A stretch of DNA of 64,000 nucleotides from an uncultured Gammaproteobacteria bacterium (GTDB taxonomy: Bacteria; Patescibacteriota; Microgenomatia; JAMCZE01): positions 601,984-665,983 of the forward strand of contig CAZXMM010000001.1 in NCBI GenBank assembly GCA_964641255.1, read 5' to 3'. Of the stretch, positions 36,089 through 46,574 are shown in pieces. Under the pieces are notes generated by a model that saw nothing but the letters and a program-made list of their open reading frames with translations, made no database searches and was not told the origin of the DNA. Positions within the stretch are counted from its first letter, which is position 1. Every line of letters begins with the position of its first letter. The position numbers were made by a program, and so were the translations under genes.

Positions 36089-38863
36089 CTATTTGGCCAT
36101 ACCAGAACTAACCCGAGCAAATTCAATAAACAGAAGGGTAAAGGCAACTATCATTCCAATTGGTGCATAGGTAGACAAGTAATTCTTTTTGCCTGGACTA
36201 TATTTGCGAAGCAGGAGAGAATTACCAACTACAGAAATGGAACTTAGGGCCATAGCTAGACCCGCCAGTTCCGGCTTAAGAATTAAGCCTAGTCCAATAA
36301 ACACTCGGGCTGCAACAGGAATGCCGATAACATTATAGAAAAGGGCAAAGAACATATTTTGTTTAATTTTGCCCATCGTATCTTTAGAAAGATCAATTGC
36401 ATTTACCACATCTCTTAGATCATTTTTTATAATCACAATTCCGCCAGTTTCCATTGCCACATCAGTCCCAGATCCCATCGCAATTCCCAGTTCCGCTTGC
36501 GCAAGCGCCGGGGCGTCGTTGATTCCATCTCCCACCATGGCCACCTTCTTGCCCGATTCTTGAAGTTTTTTAACCTCATTTGCCTTGTCCTGGGGAAGAA
36601 CCTCAGCCAAAATATTAGTTATCCCCACTTGCGAAGCGATGGCTTTGGCAGTTCGAGTATTGTCTCCAGTAATCATCCAGACATCAATTCCACGCTTCTT
36701 AAGCGCTTCTACAGCCTCCCGGGATGTGTCTTTAACTGTGTCTGCAACTGCCACGGCTCCTAGAATTTCTTTACTGGTAGCCAAAATCATGGCTGTTTTT
36801 CCTTGTTCCTCAAGGCGTTCAATTTTTCGTTCAATGCGATCAAGCGGAAGTTTGACTACATCAGAAATGAGTTTACGATTGCCAAAAAAGTAGGTCGTCT
36901 TGCCAATTTTCGCTTGTACTCCGTGGCCAGGAATGGCTTTAAAGTCGTCAACCTCATCAAGTTTTATGCCTTCCTCTTCGGCATATTTGCAGATGGCCTC
37001 GGCCAGGGGATGTTCAGATTTCTTATCAATACTGGCAGCAATTTTTAACACCTCGTCTTCATCAATTGGTCCAAAGTCCTCCACATCAGTTACTTCCGGC
37101 TTGCCTTTGGTCAGAGTTCCAGTTTTATCAAAAACAATTGCATTAACTTTGCAAGCAGCCTCCAGTGGCTCGCCACCCTTAACTAAAATTCCATGCTCAG
37201 CTCCTTTTCCGGTTCCCACCATAATAGCAGTGGGAGTGGCCAGTCCCAGGGCGCAAGGGCAAGCAATCACAATAACGGCAGTGAAGGCCATTAAGGCAAA
37301 GGAGAGTGGAGCACTCAACACAAAGAACCAAACAATAAAGGTCAAGGCAGCTACCCCAATTACAGCCGGAACGAAATAAGCGGAAATGCGGTCAGCAAAA
37401 GCTTGGATTGGAGCCTTAGACCCTTGGGCGTCTTCAACCAGTCTGATTATCTGTGAAAGTGTTGTTTCTGCTCCAAGTCTAGTGGGACGAAATTCAAAGC
37501 TGCCGGTTTTATTAATGGTGCCACCAATAACTGAGTCCTCTTCATGTTTTTCCACCGGCAAACTTTCGCCAGTAATCATTGATTCGTCAATTGCTGATGA
37601 GCCTTTGAGAATTATGCCGTCAACCGGAACTTTCTCACCCGGTCTAACGACCACTACATCGTCTTTTGTCACTTGATCAACCGGGATGTCAAGAGTTTGG
37701 CCATCTCTAATAACTCTGGCTGTTTTAGCCTGGAGTCCCATTAGCTTTTTAATCGCGTCTGAGGTTCTTCCTTTGGCTTTGGCTTCAAGCAGTTTTCCCA
37801 AGATGACAAAAGTAATTAGAAAGGCAGCGGTTTCGAAATATAACTCAGGAATCTTCATCCCATTTAGTCCAATAAACGAGCTGTTAATTGCAACATAACG
37901 AAGATAGCTAATCAGGCTATAGAAAAATGCCACAGAGGTGCCAATAGCAATCAATGAATCCATGTTAAACGTTCTCATTCGCAGTGCTGACCACATGCCT
38001 TTATAGAACCTGGAGCCCAGAACAAATTGAATCGGGGTGGCCAAAAGTAGAGAGACGATGCCAATGTAGGGAAGCAACAGTTTCGCTCCCGGTAGGAAGC
38101 CAAAAAAATCCAGAAGCATAAAGTAAAGCATCGGAGCTGAGAGGACAAGACCAGCTATAAAGTTGGTAAATTGTGTTTTGATTTCGGCTTGTTGTCTTTG
38201 AGTGTCAGACGCGGTATTTTTGGCGTCAACCAATTGGGCTTTGTATCCAGCCTTTACAACAGCTTGGGTTAAGTCGTCTACTTTTGCTGGACCTTCAAAA
38301 ACGACACTAGCTTTTTCCGCGGCAAAATTAACTCTCGCTTCCTTAACTCCAGCAACTTTTTTTAAGGATCTTTCGATAAGTGCCGCGCAGGAAGAACAAT
38401 GCATTCCATAAAGTGAGAGATTAACTTTTTGCACTCCTTGTGGAACAAGCATATTTTCCGGTTGTAGTGTTTCTTCTGTCGCTATTTCTTTTTCACTGCT
38501 CTGATCAGCCACTTTCAGTCTTCCTTTGAAAACAAGTTGTCCGTTATCATCTTTACCAAGCTTCCCTTCAAACTCCAGTTCTTTAGGCAGAATTAGTTGT
38601 ACTTGCTGCGGGAACGTCGCAATTTCTTCGACTCTTTTGTGGCCGCCAGTATTTAATATTTCCCCTTTGTAGCCAGCTCTTTCGATGGCAGCCAAAACTC
38701 CGGCGGTGTCCGCATTACCATTTACAAACTTCACCGTTCCTAGCCCTGATTTGTGATCGACCTGAATGTCAGAAATCCCTTGAAGTGCCAGAATTTCTTC
38801 TTTGACCAGCATTTCGCATGATTCACAGTGCATTCCAGAAACTTGAAAATCGAGTTTAGTCAT
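36089..38863 (-). CDS. copA: Copper-exporting P1B-1 ATPase
   Basis: Two GMHCxxC HMA domains, CPC, DKTGT, HP, GDGIND, YN and MALSS motifs. Confidence 0.95.
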   Translation of the reverse strand: MTKLDFQVSGMHCESCEMLVKEEILALQGISDIQVDHKSGLGTVKFVNGNADTAGVLAAIERAGYKGEILNTGGHKRVEEIATFPQQVQLILPKELEFEGKLGKDDNGQLVFKGRLKVADQSSEKEIATEETLQPENMLVPQGVQKVNLSLYGMHCSSCAALIERSLKKVAGVKEARVNFAAEKASVVFEGPAKVDDLTQAVVKAGYKAQLVDAKNTASDTQRQQAEIKTQFTNFIAGLVLSAPMLYFMLLDFFGFLPGAKLLLPYIGIVSLLLATPIQFVLGSRFYKGMWSALRMRTFNMDSLIAIGTSVAFFYSLISYLRYVAINSSFIGLNGMKIPELYFETAAFLITFVILGKLLEAKAKGRTSDAIKKLMGLQAKTARVIRDGQTLDIPVDQVTKDDVVVVRPGEKVPVDGIILKGSSAIDESMITGESLPVEKHEEDSVIGGTINKTGSFEFRPTRLGAETTLSQIIRLVEDAQGSKAPIQAFADRISAYFVPAVIGVAALTFIVWFFVLSAPLSFALMAFTAVIVIACPCALGLATPTAIMVGTGKGAEHGILVKGGEPLEAACKVNAIVFDKTGTLTKGKPEVTDVEDFGPIDEDEVLKIAASIDKKSEHPLAEAICKYAEEEGIKLDEVDDFKAIPGHGVQAKIGKTTYFFGNRKLISDVVKLPLDRIERKIERLEEQGKTAMILATSKEILGAVAVADTVKDTSREAVEALKKRGIDVWMITGDNTRTAKAIASQVGITNILAEVLPQDKANEVKKLQESGKKVAMVGDGINDAPALAQAELGIAMGSGTDVAMETGGIVIIKNDLRDVVNAIDLSKDTMGKIKQNMFFALFYNVIGIPVAARVFIGLGLILKPELAGLAMALSSISVVGNSLLLRKYSPGKKNYLSTYAPIGMIVAFTLLFIEFARVSSGMAK

Positions 38864-38868
38864 AGATT

Positions 38869-39093
38869 TTAGTTGATAATATTTACCACTTGGTAATTAG
38901 TCATTTCGAGCGCCTTTTTTAATTCCTCTAAGGAAATCTCTCTATCAGCAGTAACTTGTGCTTCACTTTTATCCAGATCCACTTCGACCGAAGTTACCCC
39001 ACTTATTTTTTCAATCATCATCTTGGTTAATTTCTGACACGCCTGGCAGTGCAGCCCGGAAAGTTTAACTTTGAAATTGGTTTGTTGGTTCAT
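38869..39093 (-). CDS. copZ: Copper chaperone (HMA domain)
   Basis: GLHCQAC, 74 aa. Confidence 0.85.
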   Translation of the reverse strand: MNQQTNFKVKLSGLHCQACQKLTKMMIEKISGVTSVEVDLDKSEAQVTADREISLEELKKALEMTNYQVVNIIN

Positions 39094-39107
39094 AAAACTA
39101 GAATTAT

Positions 39108-40934
39108 TTAATTAACTTGAATTGTTCCTCTGGGAACACCCATTGCACAGGTTATTTGATAGCTGCCAGCCTTTGGAGTGAATTCAAAAACTGTAGTTTT
39201 TCCCGCTTTTAAAATGTCAACTTTGTCGGTTAGACCGGGAATTGTAATGCTTCCCATGCACCCTTGGCCATTATCTTTGGCGAGGACTTCGAAACGGACT
39301 GGCTTACCTGCCTTAAGGGTAAAACTATTCGGACGAATGTCAGCACTTTGAGTATAGGTTGTTTTTATAACTTGGACATCTGCTTGTTGGACCTGGGTTG
39401 AAGGATCAGCGACAACTACTGGTTGTGCCTTTTTAGCTCCTCCTCCGCAACCACACCCGCCACTTTTTCCACAAGATCCACCGGCGGTTGGAGCAGTGGG
39501 GACTGAGGGTTGATTTTGAGCTAGTTCTGCTTGTGGTTGGGGAGCAGTTGCCCCAGTATCGTCAACCACATTAAATGATCCAGTGTACATTCCCATGCTG
39601 CAGGAAAATCGGATTGCCCCTGTTTGCGTCGGAGTAAATTCAATTATATTTTCACCGGCGTTGAGAGATTTTCGAATATTCAATTGCGAAGAAACAATGC
39701 TTGCTGAGCAAGTGTTAGGGTCAGTGGAGTTGATAAGCCACCTAACGGGAACATTTCTTTTAATTGTGAAGGCATTTGGTGAATAGCCGTCTCCTGATTG
39801 TGTCATTTTGATGACTTGGACTCCATTTTCTAGTTTAACATTAGGGTCGTTAACATTGGTGGCGGCAACCGAGGCGGGGCTAAATACCGTTGAAATTATT
39901 TCACCTGGATTAAAAGTGATACCAGTTAAGTTGTAGCCATTTTGAATGTTAAATATGGCCAACAAGATAACTACAATGCCCGCTGTTTTAAAAAATAATC
40001 GCGATGCGGCTCCTTTAACAACTGAGGTGAGTCCGCCCACTCCAAGAAGTCCCGGTGCAGTTCCCAGTGCAAATGTTCCCAAAGTTAAAGCTCCCGTAAC
40101 AGCATTGCCTGAGCCCATAGCAAATAGCACCATTGCTTGGGTAAAAGCACAGGGGAGGAAAAAGGTGGTTGCGCCTAAAATTGCTGCGTTCTTGTGACTA
40201 TATTCTTTCTCACTCTTTTCTTTAATACCAAAAAGCCGACTGATACTTTTAGGCAAAGTGAAATTTATCCCTTTGAGAAATGGAAAGATGTCTACCAATT
40301 GGGCTCCCAAAAGTAACATTACTGAACCTACAATTATGATTAATATTCCCAAAAGTGAGTTAGAAAGCTGGAAAAAAGATCCCAAAAAGCCAACTATCGC
40401 TCCGAAGATTGTATAAGAAACTATTCGGCCGGCGTTAAAAAACAGGTGCGGTTTGAATTTGTCTTTTGCGGATGCATTTGGGTGTTTCTCGGCAAACTTT
40501 GCTGAGGCTCCAAGAATTAAGCCGCCAATTAAAGCCATGCAAGTCGAAACTCCGGCGGTTAGGCCGATTAGGAAAACAATCGGCAGACTGTTGTAATTAC
40601 TTGAAGACACTAAATTTAAGTGGAAGAAACCCAATCCTTTGGCAACCAGAATTAGATCCAATGCCAGAAATATGGCAATGGCGAGGTCTTTGTAGTCGCG
40701 GGGATTTTTTGATAAATACGACCTGTCATCCTGCCCCAGTGAATATCCGGCATTAGTAACTGCCATTTCTACTTTTTGTGGGTCGATATTGGTTTCTGAG
40801 TATATTTCGGCAGTTCCCGCAGTCTGGCTGACAACAGCTTTTTTGACCCCGGGGATGCGTAAAAGTTCGTCTTCTACTAGAAGTTCACAACTCCTGCAGT
40901 GCATTCCTTTAATACAAATTGTGTCTTTTTTCAT
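39108..40934 (-). CDS. HMA + DsbD_2 membrane domain + tandem cupredoxin-like domains
   Basis: GMHCRSC, STCMAL, LPCAFTQ, FSCSMGM and ITCAMG motifs. Confidence 0.85.
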   Translation of the reverse strand: MKKDTICIKGMHCRSCELLVEDELLRIPGVKKAVVSQTAGTAEIYSETNIDPQKVEMAVTNAGYSLGQDDRSYLSKNPRDYKDLAIAIFLALDLILVAKGLGFFHLNLVSSSNYNSLPIVFLIGLTAGVSTCMALIGGLILGASAKFAEKHPNASAKDKFKPHLFFNAGRIVSYTIFGAIVGFLGSFFQLSNSLLGILIIIVGSVMLLLGAQLVDIFPFLKGINFTLPKSISRLFGIKEKSEKEYSHKNAAILGATTFFLPCAFTQAMVLFAMGSGNAVTGALTLGTFALGTAPGLLGVGGLTSVVKGAASRLFFKTAGIVVILLAIFNIQNGYNLTGITFNPGEIISTVFSPASVAATNVNDPNVKLENGVQVIKMTQSGDGYSPNAFTIKRNVPVRWLINSTDPNTCSASIVSSQLNIRKSLNAGENIIEFTPTQTGAIRFSCSMGMYTGSFNVVDDTGATAPQPQAELAQNQPSVPTAPTAGGSCGKSGGCGCGGGAKKAQPVVVADPSTQVQQADVQVIKTTYTQSADIRPNSFTLKAGKPVRFEVLAKDNGQGCMGSITIPGLTDKVDILKAGKTTVFEFTPKAGSYQITCAMGVPRGTIQVN

Positions 40935-41018
40935 TTTTTTCTAATTAAAAACCAACTCTTGTTGAAGCGTTGGTTCTTGCTTACAAATGATTATGTTTGA
41001 AGGATACTAAAGTGAAGA

Positions 41019-41516
41019 TTAAGAAATTGTTAAGAAATGATGTGCAACTCCACCTGTCATTTGGGAAACGCACCATTTGGCGTAAAATCCTCCAAATAAT
41101 AGTCCCAGCCAGGCATTTTGTGCCGGAAGAGCATAATCAATTGACACATTTAGTAGTGACTTTTCTTCCTGGGGCGTGATTTGAACGACCATCTTATAAG
41201 GACCAACTACAAGTAATTTAGGATTATCCGCCGTTTCCCAAACCTTAATATTGGGCGGTTGATATTGGGTAACGACTTCATCCAGCCATAAGGAAAATCC
41301 CAAAGCCGTGCCCGTCATTGTAATATGAGAACCAACCTTTTTACCCTTCCCATCATCAACAGATGTAGTCATCTTTCCTCCGCCCATCATCCAGGACGAT
41401 TTTGCCATATGGGACGAAAAGAGAATAGGATCGTCAATAAAATTGAAAACTTCAGAAGGAGTAGCAGAGACTAAAACTCTTTGTTCATAGTGATATGGCA
41501 GCATTAAATTGAGCAT
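41019..41516 (-). CDS. SRPBCC-family protein
   Basis: V.ATPSEVF.F.DDP...HM..SSWMM. Confidence 0.75.
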   Translation of the reverse strand: MLNLMLPYHYEQRVLVSATPSEVFNFIDDPILFSSHMAKSSWMMGGGKMTTSVDDGKGKKVGSHITMTGTALGFSLWLDEVVTQYQPPNIKVWETADNPKLLVVGPYKMVVQITPQEEKSLLNVSIDYALPAQNAWLGLLFGGFYAKWCVSQMTGGVAHHFLTIS

Positions 41517-41521
41517 CCGAA

Positions 41522-41935
41522 CTAGTAAACATTAATCGTAAATTCCTTATTAAGGATCTCACCACCTGGCATGACCACTTTAGTTCTCACTGCCCATGGT
41601 CCGCCCATTGAAAGGCCACCAGTTGCTGCATATTGACCATTTCCTTGGGGAGTGGCTTCCCCCTGCTGTGTTCCCATATTCATGGTCGTCATATTAAGAT
41701 CAAAAGAAACTTTGGCATTGTCGACTGCTTTGCCATCTTTATCTTTGACTGAAATTACAAAAGTTGTCTTGCCAAGTTTTGGCGGGTTTGGATTTGTGGA
41801 AAGACTAATTTGTCCGTTTCCAGTTGCTGCCAAATTCCCATCCTGGGGCGAAGCAAAAATAAATTTAAAGCCCAGGATACCAACAATGACCACAATAACT
41901 AAGAGAATGATGGGTAACAAATTTTTGTTATTCAT
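41522..41935 (-). CDS. FixH/YtkA-like exported protein
   Basis: M..MNMG, GNGQY and SMGGPW motifs. Confidence 0.8.
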   Translation of the reverse strand: MNNKNLLPIILLVIVVIVGILGFKFIFASPQDGNLAATGNGQISLSTNPNPPKLGKTTFVISVKDKDGKAVDNAKVSFDLNMTTMNMGTQQGEATPQGNGQYAATGGLSMGGPWAVRTKVVMPGGEILNKEFTINVY

Positions 41936-41951
41936 AATTTTCCTTTCTATT

Positions 41952-43022
41952 TTAAGTTACATTAATTAACATCATTAGTCCACCAGGTTCTTTGTGTTCA
42001 TTGGTCGTGTGGTGCGGGATGTGACAATGCAGCATCCACTTTCCCGGCCTGTCTGGAGTAAATTCGATATCATATCTTTCCCCAGGAGCTACCGATATAA
42101 CATCCTTTGTCCATTGTGCAGACTCTGGCACATCATTTCCATCGGTAGCAACAACTTTAAATGGAAAGCCGTGAAGATGCATTGGATGAATCATTTGTCC
42201 ACTGCCAATGAACCGCAAGCGGATCTTTTGTCCCACTTTCGCTTCAATGGTTTCTGTTTCCGGGTATGACTTGCCATTAATTGTGAAGAAGTTTCCGTCC
42301 ATTCCTGTTGCTGGCATTGCTGCATAAGTTTGGCCATCAATCACACGCCATTCGTTAAGCATTAAAACTTTATCAATATCTGGCTTTGACACAAGTCCGC
42401 CAGGAGGATCGATAATGAAGGCTCCAGAAAGACCAACTGAAATTTGTTTATCGCTGTCAAAATGGGAATGATACCAATATGTCCCAGCTGGCTTGGCAAT
42501 AAATTCATAAGTAAACGTCTCTCCCGGTTGAATTGGTTTTTGTGTCTCATCAGGAATGCCGTCCATATTGTTCGGAACTTGAATTCCATGCCAGTGGATT
42601 GTGGTTGGTTCTGGCAAATTGTTTTTAACTAGAATTCTTACTTTGTCTCCTTCTGCGACATGGATTAATGGTCCAGGGACTGTTCCGTTATATGTCCAGG
42701 CAGTTACCGTAACATCCTTGAGAATTGGCCAACGAACTGGTTCGGCAGTAAGGTTAAAAACCTTCACTCCATTTTCAAAAGTATACTTTAGCTCCTGTAG
42801 TCGCTGTTTTTCGGTTGCTTGGGCAGCTCCTTGTTGGGGAATAGCCTCCATTGCTTCTATTGCAGATTGGTTGGTTCCTGATGTTGAAAGTTGTGCTGGC
42901 GGATTTTTAAAGCTGGTCTGCCTATTATTGGATCCCAAAAAATATAACAAGGCGGCACCAATGACAACAAACACAATAATAAAAATATTTTTTCCGACAA
43001 GATAGTTTTGGAATTTATTCAT
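41952..43022 (-). CDS. Two-domain multicopper oxidase
   Basis: HWHG, WYHSH, HPMHLHG and HCHIPHH motifs. Confidence 0.92.
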   Translation of the reverse strand: MNKFQNYLVGKNIFIIVFVVIGAALLYFLGSNNRQTSFKNPPAQLSTSGTNQSAIEAMEAIPQQGAAQATEKQRLQELKYTFENGVKVFNLTAEPVRWPILKDVTVTAWTYNGTVPGPLIHVAEGDKVRILVKNNLPEPTTIHWHGIQVPNNMDGIPDETQKPIQPGETFTYEFIAKPAGTYWYHSHFDSDKQISVGLSGAFIIDPPGGLVSKPDIDKVLMLNEWRVIDGQTYAAMPATGMDGNFFTINGKSYPETETIEAKVGQKIRLRFIGSGQMIHPMHLHGFPFKVVATDGNDVPESAQWTKDVISVAPGERYDIEFTPDRPGKWMLHCHIPHHTTNEHKEPGGLMMLINVT

Positions 43023-43488
43023 ATCGAATTTCTATATTATCACTATCCTTCATTAAGAAATTATTAAAATCCGTGTTTGGTTTCCCATTTACTGTCATTT
43101 TAACTTTTCCCCCCGCACCGTTACACTTATCAAAAACGCAAGTCTTGCTAAATTCCTTTCCCCAAACTTGAAAAAATCTCCCGAGTTTCGTTTGGTCTTT
43201 AGAAACTGTTCCGTTCATTTCCATGTGGATAACCCCATCTTTAAAGTCTGCAATATGCGTATGCATCGGCATCTCAACTCCTCCAAGACCAATATCTCGA
43301 GCCAGTTGTTGCTTTTCACCTTTAATGTAAATAGTTAGTTTTGGGTGCCAATGTAAACCATTCTCTGACACAATTAGTTCTTTGGGAATATTACTTTTTC
43401 TGGAGAACATAAATACCCCGCCAATGATAATTGCTACGGTTGTAAGCATTACTGCTCCTATTATTTTTGTCTCAGTAGTTAATTTCAT
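43015..43488 (-). CDS. Membrane-anchored His-motif protein
   Basis: HWHP, MHTH and VIHME motifs. Confidence 0.7.
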   Translation of the reverse strand: MKLTTETKIIGAVMLTTVAIIIGGVFMFSRKSNIPKELIVSENGLHWHPKLTIYIKGEKQQLARDIGLGGVEMPMHTHIADFKDGVIHMEMNGTVSKDQTKLGRFFQVWGKEFSKTCVFDKCNGAGGKVKMTVNGKPNTDFNNFLMKDSDNIEIRYE

Positions 43489-43898
43489 AAAACTTCAACG
43501 TCCAACTTTTCTTTATGTTGATCATTTGCACAACCAGCAGTTATTGATCCGTTTTTTGTTGCCACAAATTGGATTGTCTTTCGTGATAGAGGAGGGATGC
43601 TCTCTGCAATATTAAACTGAACCAAATGCAGTCCGTGAAGGATATTGTCTTTATTTTCAACATTTAAAGTGACCGTGTCGTTTAGATTAACTTGAATCTT
43701 GGCTGGTTGGTATTGCTCTTTGCTGAGAGTGAGATTGAAGGCCTTAGTTTGAGCGGACACTTGTTTTGAAGGTGCAATTACTTTGAAAAATAAAACAGCC
43801 ATGACAACAATTGTGCCAAGTAATATCCCTGGCAAAAGAATATTATTGATTTTCGCAACCGGTTCCTCTTTTTCAATAATTTTAGGCTCTTTGGACAT
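43485..43898 (-). CDS. Cupredoxin-domain protein
   Basis: Likely start MSKEPK; P..I.V..ND.V.L...N.D...HG and C....H motifs. Confidence 0.75.
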   Translation of the reverse strand: MSKEPKIIEKEEPVAKINNILLPGILLGTIVVMAVLFFKVIAPSKQVSAQTKAFNLTLSKEQYQPAKIQVNLNDTVTLNVENKDNILHGLHLVQFNIAESIPPLSRKTIQFVATKNGSITAGCANDQHKEKLDVEVL

Positions 43899-44388
43899 TT
43901 GAGTTAACTTTGCACTCTGCTGCTGTTTTGTTTTTAGCCAGTAGAATGAGTGAAATAATAAGCAACACAATAGACAAATATGATAGCTCCAACCCTCGAA
44001 GAGGCAGATAAAATAAACTTCCTGAGATCCCCAATAATGAAAGAATTGGCAATCCACAGGCTGCACAGCCACTAGTGGCCAGCCCAAGAAGACTGCTGCC
44101 GCCGACTACAAGATGGACATTACCCGTTTTTGAAAGTTCTCCAATTCGTTGAACCAAAATAGACAAATTAAGTCCGGTAAGTCCGGCTGTTAATAACAGA
44201 ATTGTTAAACCAAAACCACCCATTACTGACCACATCCCCAAAATCAGAGCTACGAAAAGATTCAATTTATAACTCACTGTATAATTCCCGATTAATGTAT
44301 CAAGGGCTAGGCGTGAATTCATAAAATATGTCGTTGCTAAGAAGTAGAGGACCGTAATTATCAGCGCTGGGAATAAAACCTTTCTCAT
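43882..44388 (-). CDS. Membrane protein with GCAACG motif
   Basis: Several TM segments; likely start MRKVLF. Confidence 0.7.
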   Translation of the reverse strand: MRKVLFPALIITVLYFLATTYFMNSRLALDTLIGNYTVSYKLNLFVALILGMWSVMGGFGLTILLLTAGLTGLNLSILVQRIGELSKTGNVHLVVGGSSLLGLATSGCAACGLPILSLLGISGSLFYLPLRGLELSYLSIVLLIISLILLAKNKTAAECKVNSNVQRA

Positions 44389-44398
44389 AGTCGGATAA

Positions 44399-45139
44399 CT
44401 AAAGCGCTGAGAGTTTTTGATCGATAATTGTTTTAATTGTATTGTAAGGTTGAGCACCAATTACCGGAGTGTCACCAACAGCAGTGCTAGGGGTGCTATT
44501 AAATCCGTTTTTATTTGCTTCAGCAGTATCAGCTGTCACTTGAGCATTGTATTTTTGAGAATCTAAACACTGGTCAAACTGCGAACTATTAAGTCCAAGA
44601 TCAGCGGCTATCTTTTTCAGATTTGGGATAGAAAATGTTCCCTGATTTTCTCCACTTTGACTAGTGTAAATTTTGTCATGAAACTCCCAATATTTGTTTT
44701 GTTCCTTAGCACACATTGCCGCATTGGCAGTGTCTGTGGATTCTTTTCCAAGAAAAGCTAAGTTTTTAAAAACGAATTTGATTTTGCCCTTGTCAATATA
44801 GTCTTTCTTAAGCTGTGGCAGGACTTCCGAATGAAATTTTCCACAGAATGGACATTGGAAGTCACCAAACTCAACCACAGTTAGCTTTGCATTGGCATTC
44901 CCCAAATATGGATCGTCGCTTGTTACCTTGATATCAACTTTTGTTGGCGCTGGTGGTGCTGCATTGGGAGTGGGTTGTTGGTTAATTCCTGCAAGAGGGG
45001 CAGCAGCAAGGGCTGCGGTTCCTGCTACTCCCTTCCCCTCGAGGTATTGAATTTTAGTATACATTCCACCAACTCCGGCACCAAGAACAAAAATTACCAC
45101 GGCTACCAAAATTGAGATGATAGGATTATCGAACTTCAT
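44399..45139 (-). CDS. DsbA-family thioredoxin-like protein
   Basis: EFGDFQCPFC, STP and GAQP motifs. Confidence 0.92.
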   Translation of the reverse strand: MKFDNPIISILVAVVIFVLGAGVGGMYTKIQYLEGKGVAGTAALAAAPLAGINQQPTPNAAPPAPTKVDIKVTSDDPYLGNANAKLTVVEFGDFQCPFCGKFHSEVLPQLKKDYIDKGKIKFVFKNLAFLGKESTDTANAAMCAKEQNKYWEFHDKIYTSQSGENQGTFSIPNLKKIAADLGLNSSQFDQCLDSQKYNAQVTADTAEANKNGFNSTPSTAVGDTPVIGAQPYNTIKTIIDQKLSAL

Positions 45140-45156
45140 TACTACACAGTGTAGTA
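45140..45156. promoter_or_regulatory. BlaI/CopY-type operator
   Basis: TACTACACAGTGTAGTA abutting the DsbA start codon. Confidence 0.8.
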
Positions 45157-45190
45157 GGTGTATTTTCTCTTGTCAAGAGGAGTTTGACAG

Positions 45191-46168
45191 TTATTTGGTG
45201 CTAAAAGGATGGGAAGAATTTTCAACTGACTGGTTTGGAGCAGACTTTTGGTTTCGTTCACACCATGACGCACAAGAATCATCATTTGGACAGACCATCA
45301 TGATATCCTTGCCGTCCTCGTGGTTTTCTATTGCGTGAACGGGCGTAATTGCAGCAAAACTAACAATCAAAATTGATATTACGGTAATAAGGATATTAAG
45401 TAGATGAAACTTTTTATAAATCACTCTTTTCTCAAGCAGTGTGTTAATCCGGACCTCAAACGTATCTGGTTCCCCAATTCCTAGTGAAAATTCAAATCTA
45501 TTTGAGTCTTCTATTAAAAGAAGTTTTCTCATTGCGGACAGCAGTGGCTGTCTTTCCCCTTGATGGTAGACGACAGATTGATCAGCGCGGACTTCTCGCT
45601 CAATGCGAAAATTTTGCACAAAATCTGCAAGCACCGGAAAATAGGGAAATAAAGCACGAGCAATCGATAATAGTGTTAAAACGAGCGGATCGTGATTGTC
45701 CAAATGACTTTTTTCGTGGAGGAGAATTGCTTCAAGCTCTTTGGTATTTACTTCTGAGACCAGGGTTGACGAAATGTATATTTTTGGACTTTTCATTCCC
45801 ATGCAGTAGGCAAAGAGTTTAGCACTTTTAACCTGTATTACCCTTTCTTTAATTTCCAGTTTTTTTGCAGTTTGCGAAAGTTTCGGATTCATATTCAGGC
45901 ATGGGATAAGACTTTTTTTATGGCGAGAAATCGTATAAAGGCTTAAAAGAAGCCTAACGATTGGAAAAATAATTGTTAGGAAGAAGAGTAAAATAAGAGC
46001 GATACCAAAAGTTTGAGGAAGTTGGAAAGATAAAGACTTGATTACGTTTTGACAGTAATAAATTGTGTGACTAATCGAAAGATGGAGGAACTTTTGAAAA
46101 ATAAAGAAAGCGGCTAAGCAGAAAATGCCAAGCAAGCCGGTAGCTACTAATAGACTTTTATTTGCCAT
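45191..46168 (-). CDS. M56 (BlaR1-like) membrane metallopeptidase
   Basis: ELEAILLHEKSH and RE..AD motifs. Confidence 0.9.
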   Translation of the reverse strand: MANKSLLVATGLLGIFCLAAFFIFQKFLHLSISHTIYYCQNVIKSLSFQLPQTFGIALILLFFLTIIFPIVRLLLSLYTISRHKKSLIPCLNMNPKLSQTAKKLEIKERVIQVKSAKLFAYCMGMKSPKIYISSTLVSEVNTKELEAILLHEKSHLDNHDPLVLTLLSIARALFPYFPVLADFVQNFRIEREVRADQSVVYHQGERQPLLSAMRKLLLIEDSNRFEFSLGIGEPDTFEVRINTLLEKRVIYKKFHLLNILITVISILIVSFAAITPVHAIENHEDGKDIMMVCPNDDSCASWCERNQKSAPNQSVENSSHPFSTK

Positions 46169-46532
46169 TATCGGACAGCAATTTTAGTAACTGTTTCTTT
46201 TTCTCAGTAGGTAGCTTGTCAAGTGTTTCAGCAAACGAAGCTATTGCTGTATCACCATAAGACTTAAAAAATTTTTGGACGAATGATTGGGCAATATTTT
46301 TGCTGTAAACCTTTTTAGAAAGTTTAGGCGAGTAGTAAAAAGTTTGCCCAGACCCTTTACGGACAACCACCCCCTTATCGTTAAGTCTTTGAAGTATTGT
46401 TGCCACAGTCGTATAGGCCAATTTCTTAGATTTAGTTAATTCTTGCAGGACATCTCGTACCGAACAATTTTTCAGTTGCCAAACGATGTTCATTGCTTCT
46501 TGCTCCAGCTCACTCAGTTGCTTCGCGTTCAT
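46158..46532 (-). CDS. BlaI/MecI/CopY-family repressor
   Basis: LSELEQEAM.IVW and LAYTTV.TILQRL.DKG; start MNAKQ. Confidence 0.92.
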   Translation of the reverse strand: MNAKQLSELEQEAMNIVWQLKNCSVRDVLQELTKSKKLAYTTVATILQRLNDKGVVVRKGSGQTFYYSPKLSKKVYSKNIAQSFVQKFFKSYGDTAIASFAETLDKLPTEKKKQLLKLLSDNGK

Positions 46533-46548
46533 ACTACAGATTGTAGGA
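46532..46548. promoter_or_regulatory. BlaI/CopY-type operator (autoregulatory)
   Basis: TACTACAGATTGTAGGA overlapping the repressor start codon. Confidence 0.7.
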
Positions 46549-46574
46549 AAGCATGATAGGAATTGCAAGATCGC

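Noticed and set aside
26890-38411. Many plus-strand ORFs opposite the ATPases and two-component genes
   Set aside because: Antisense shadows of well-supported genes.
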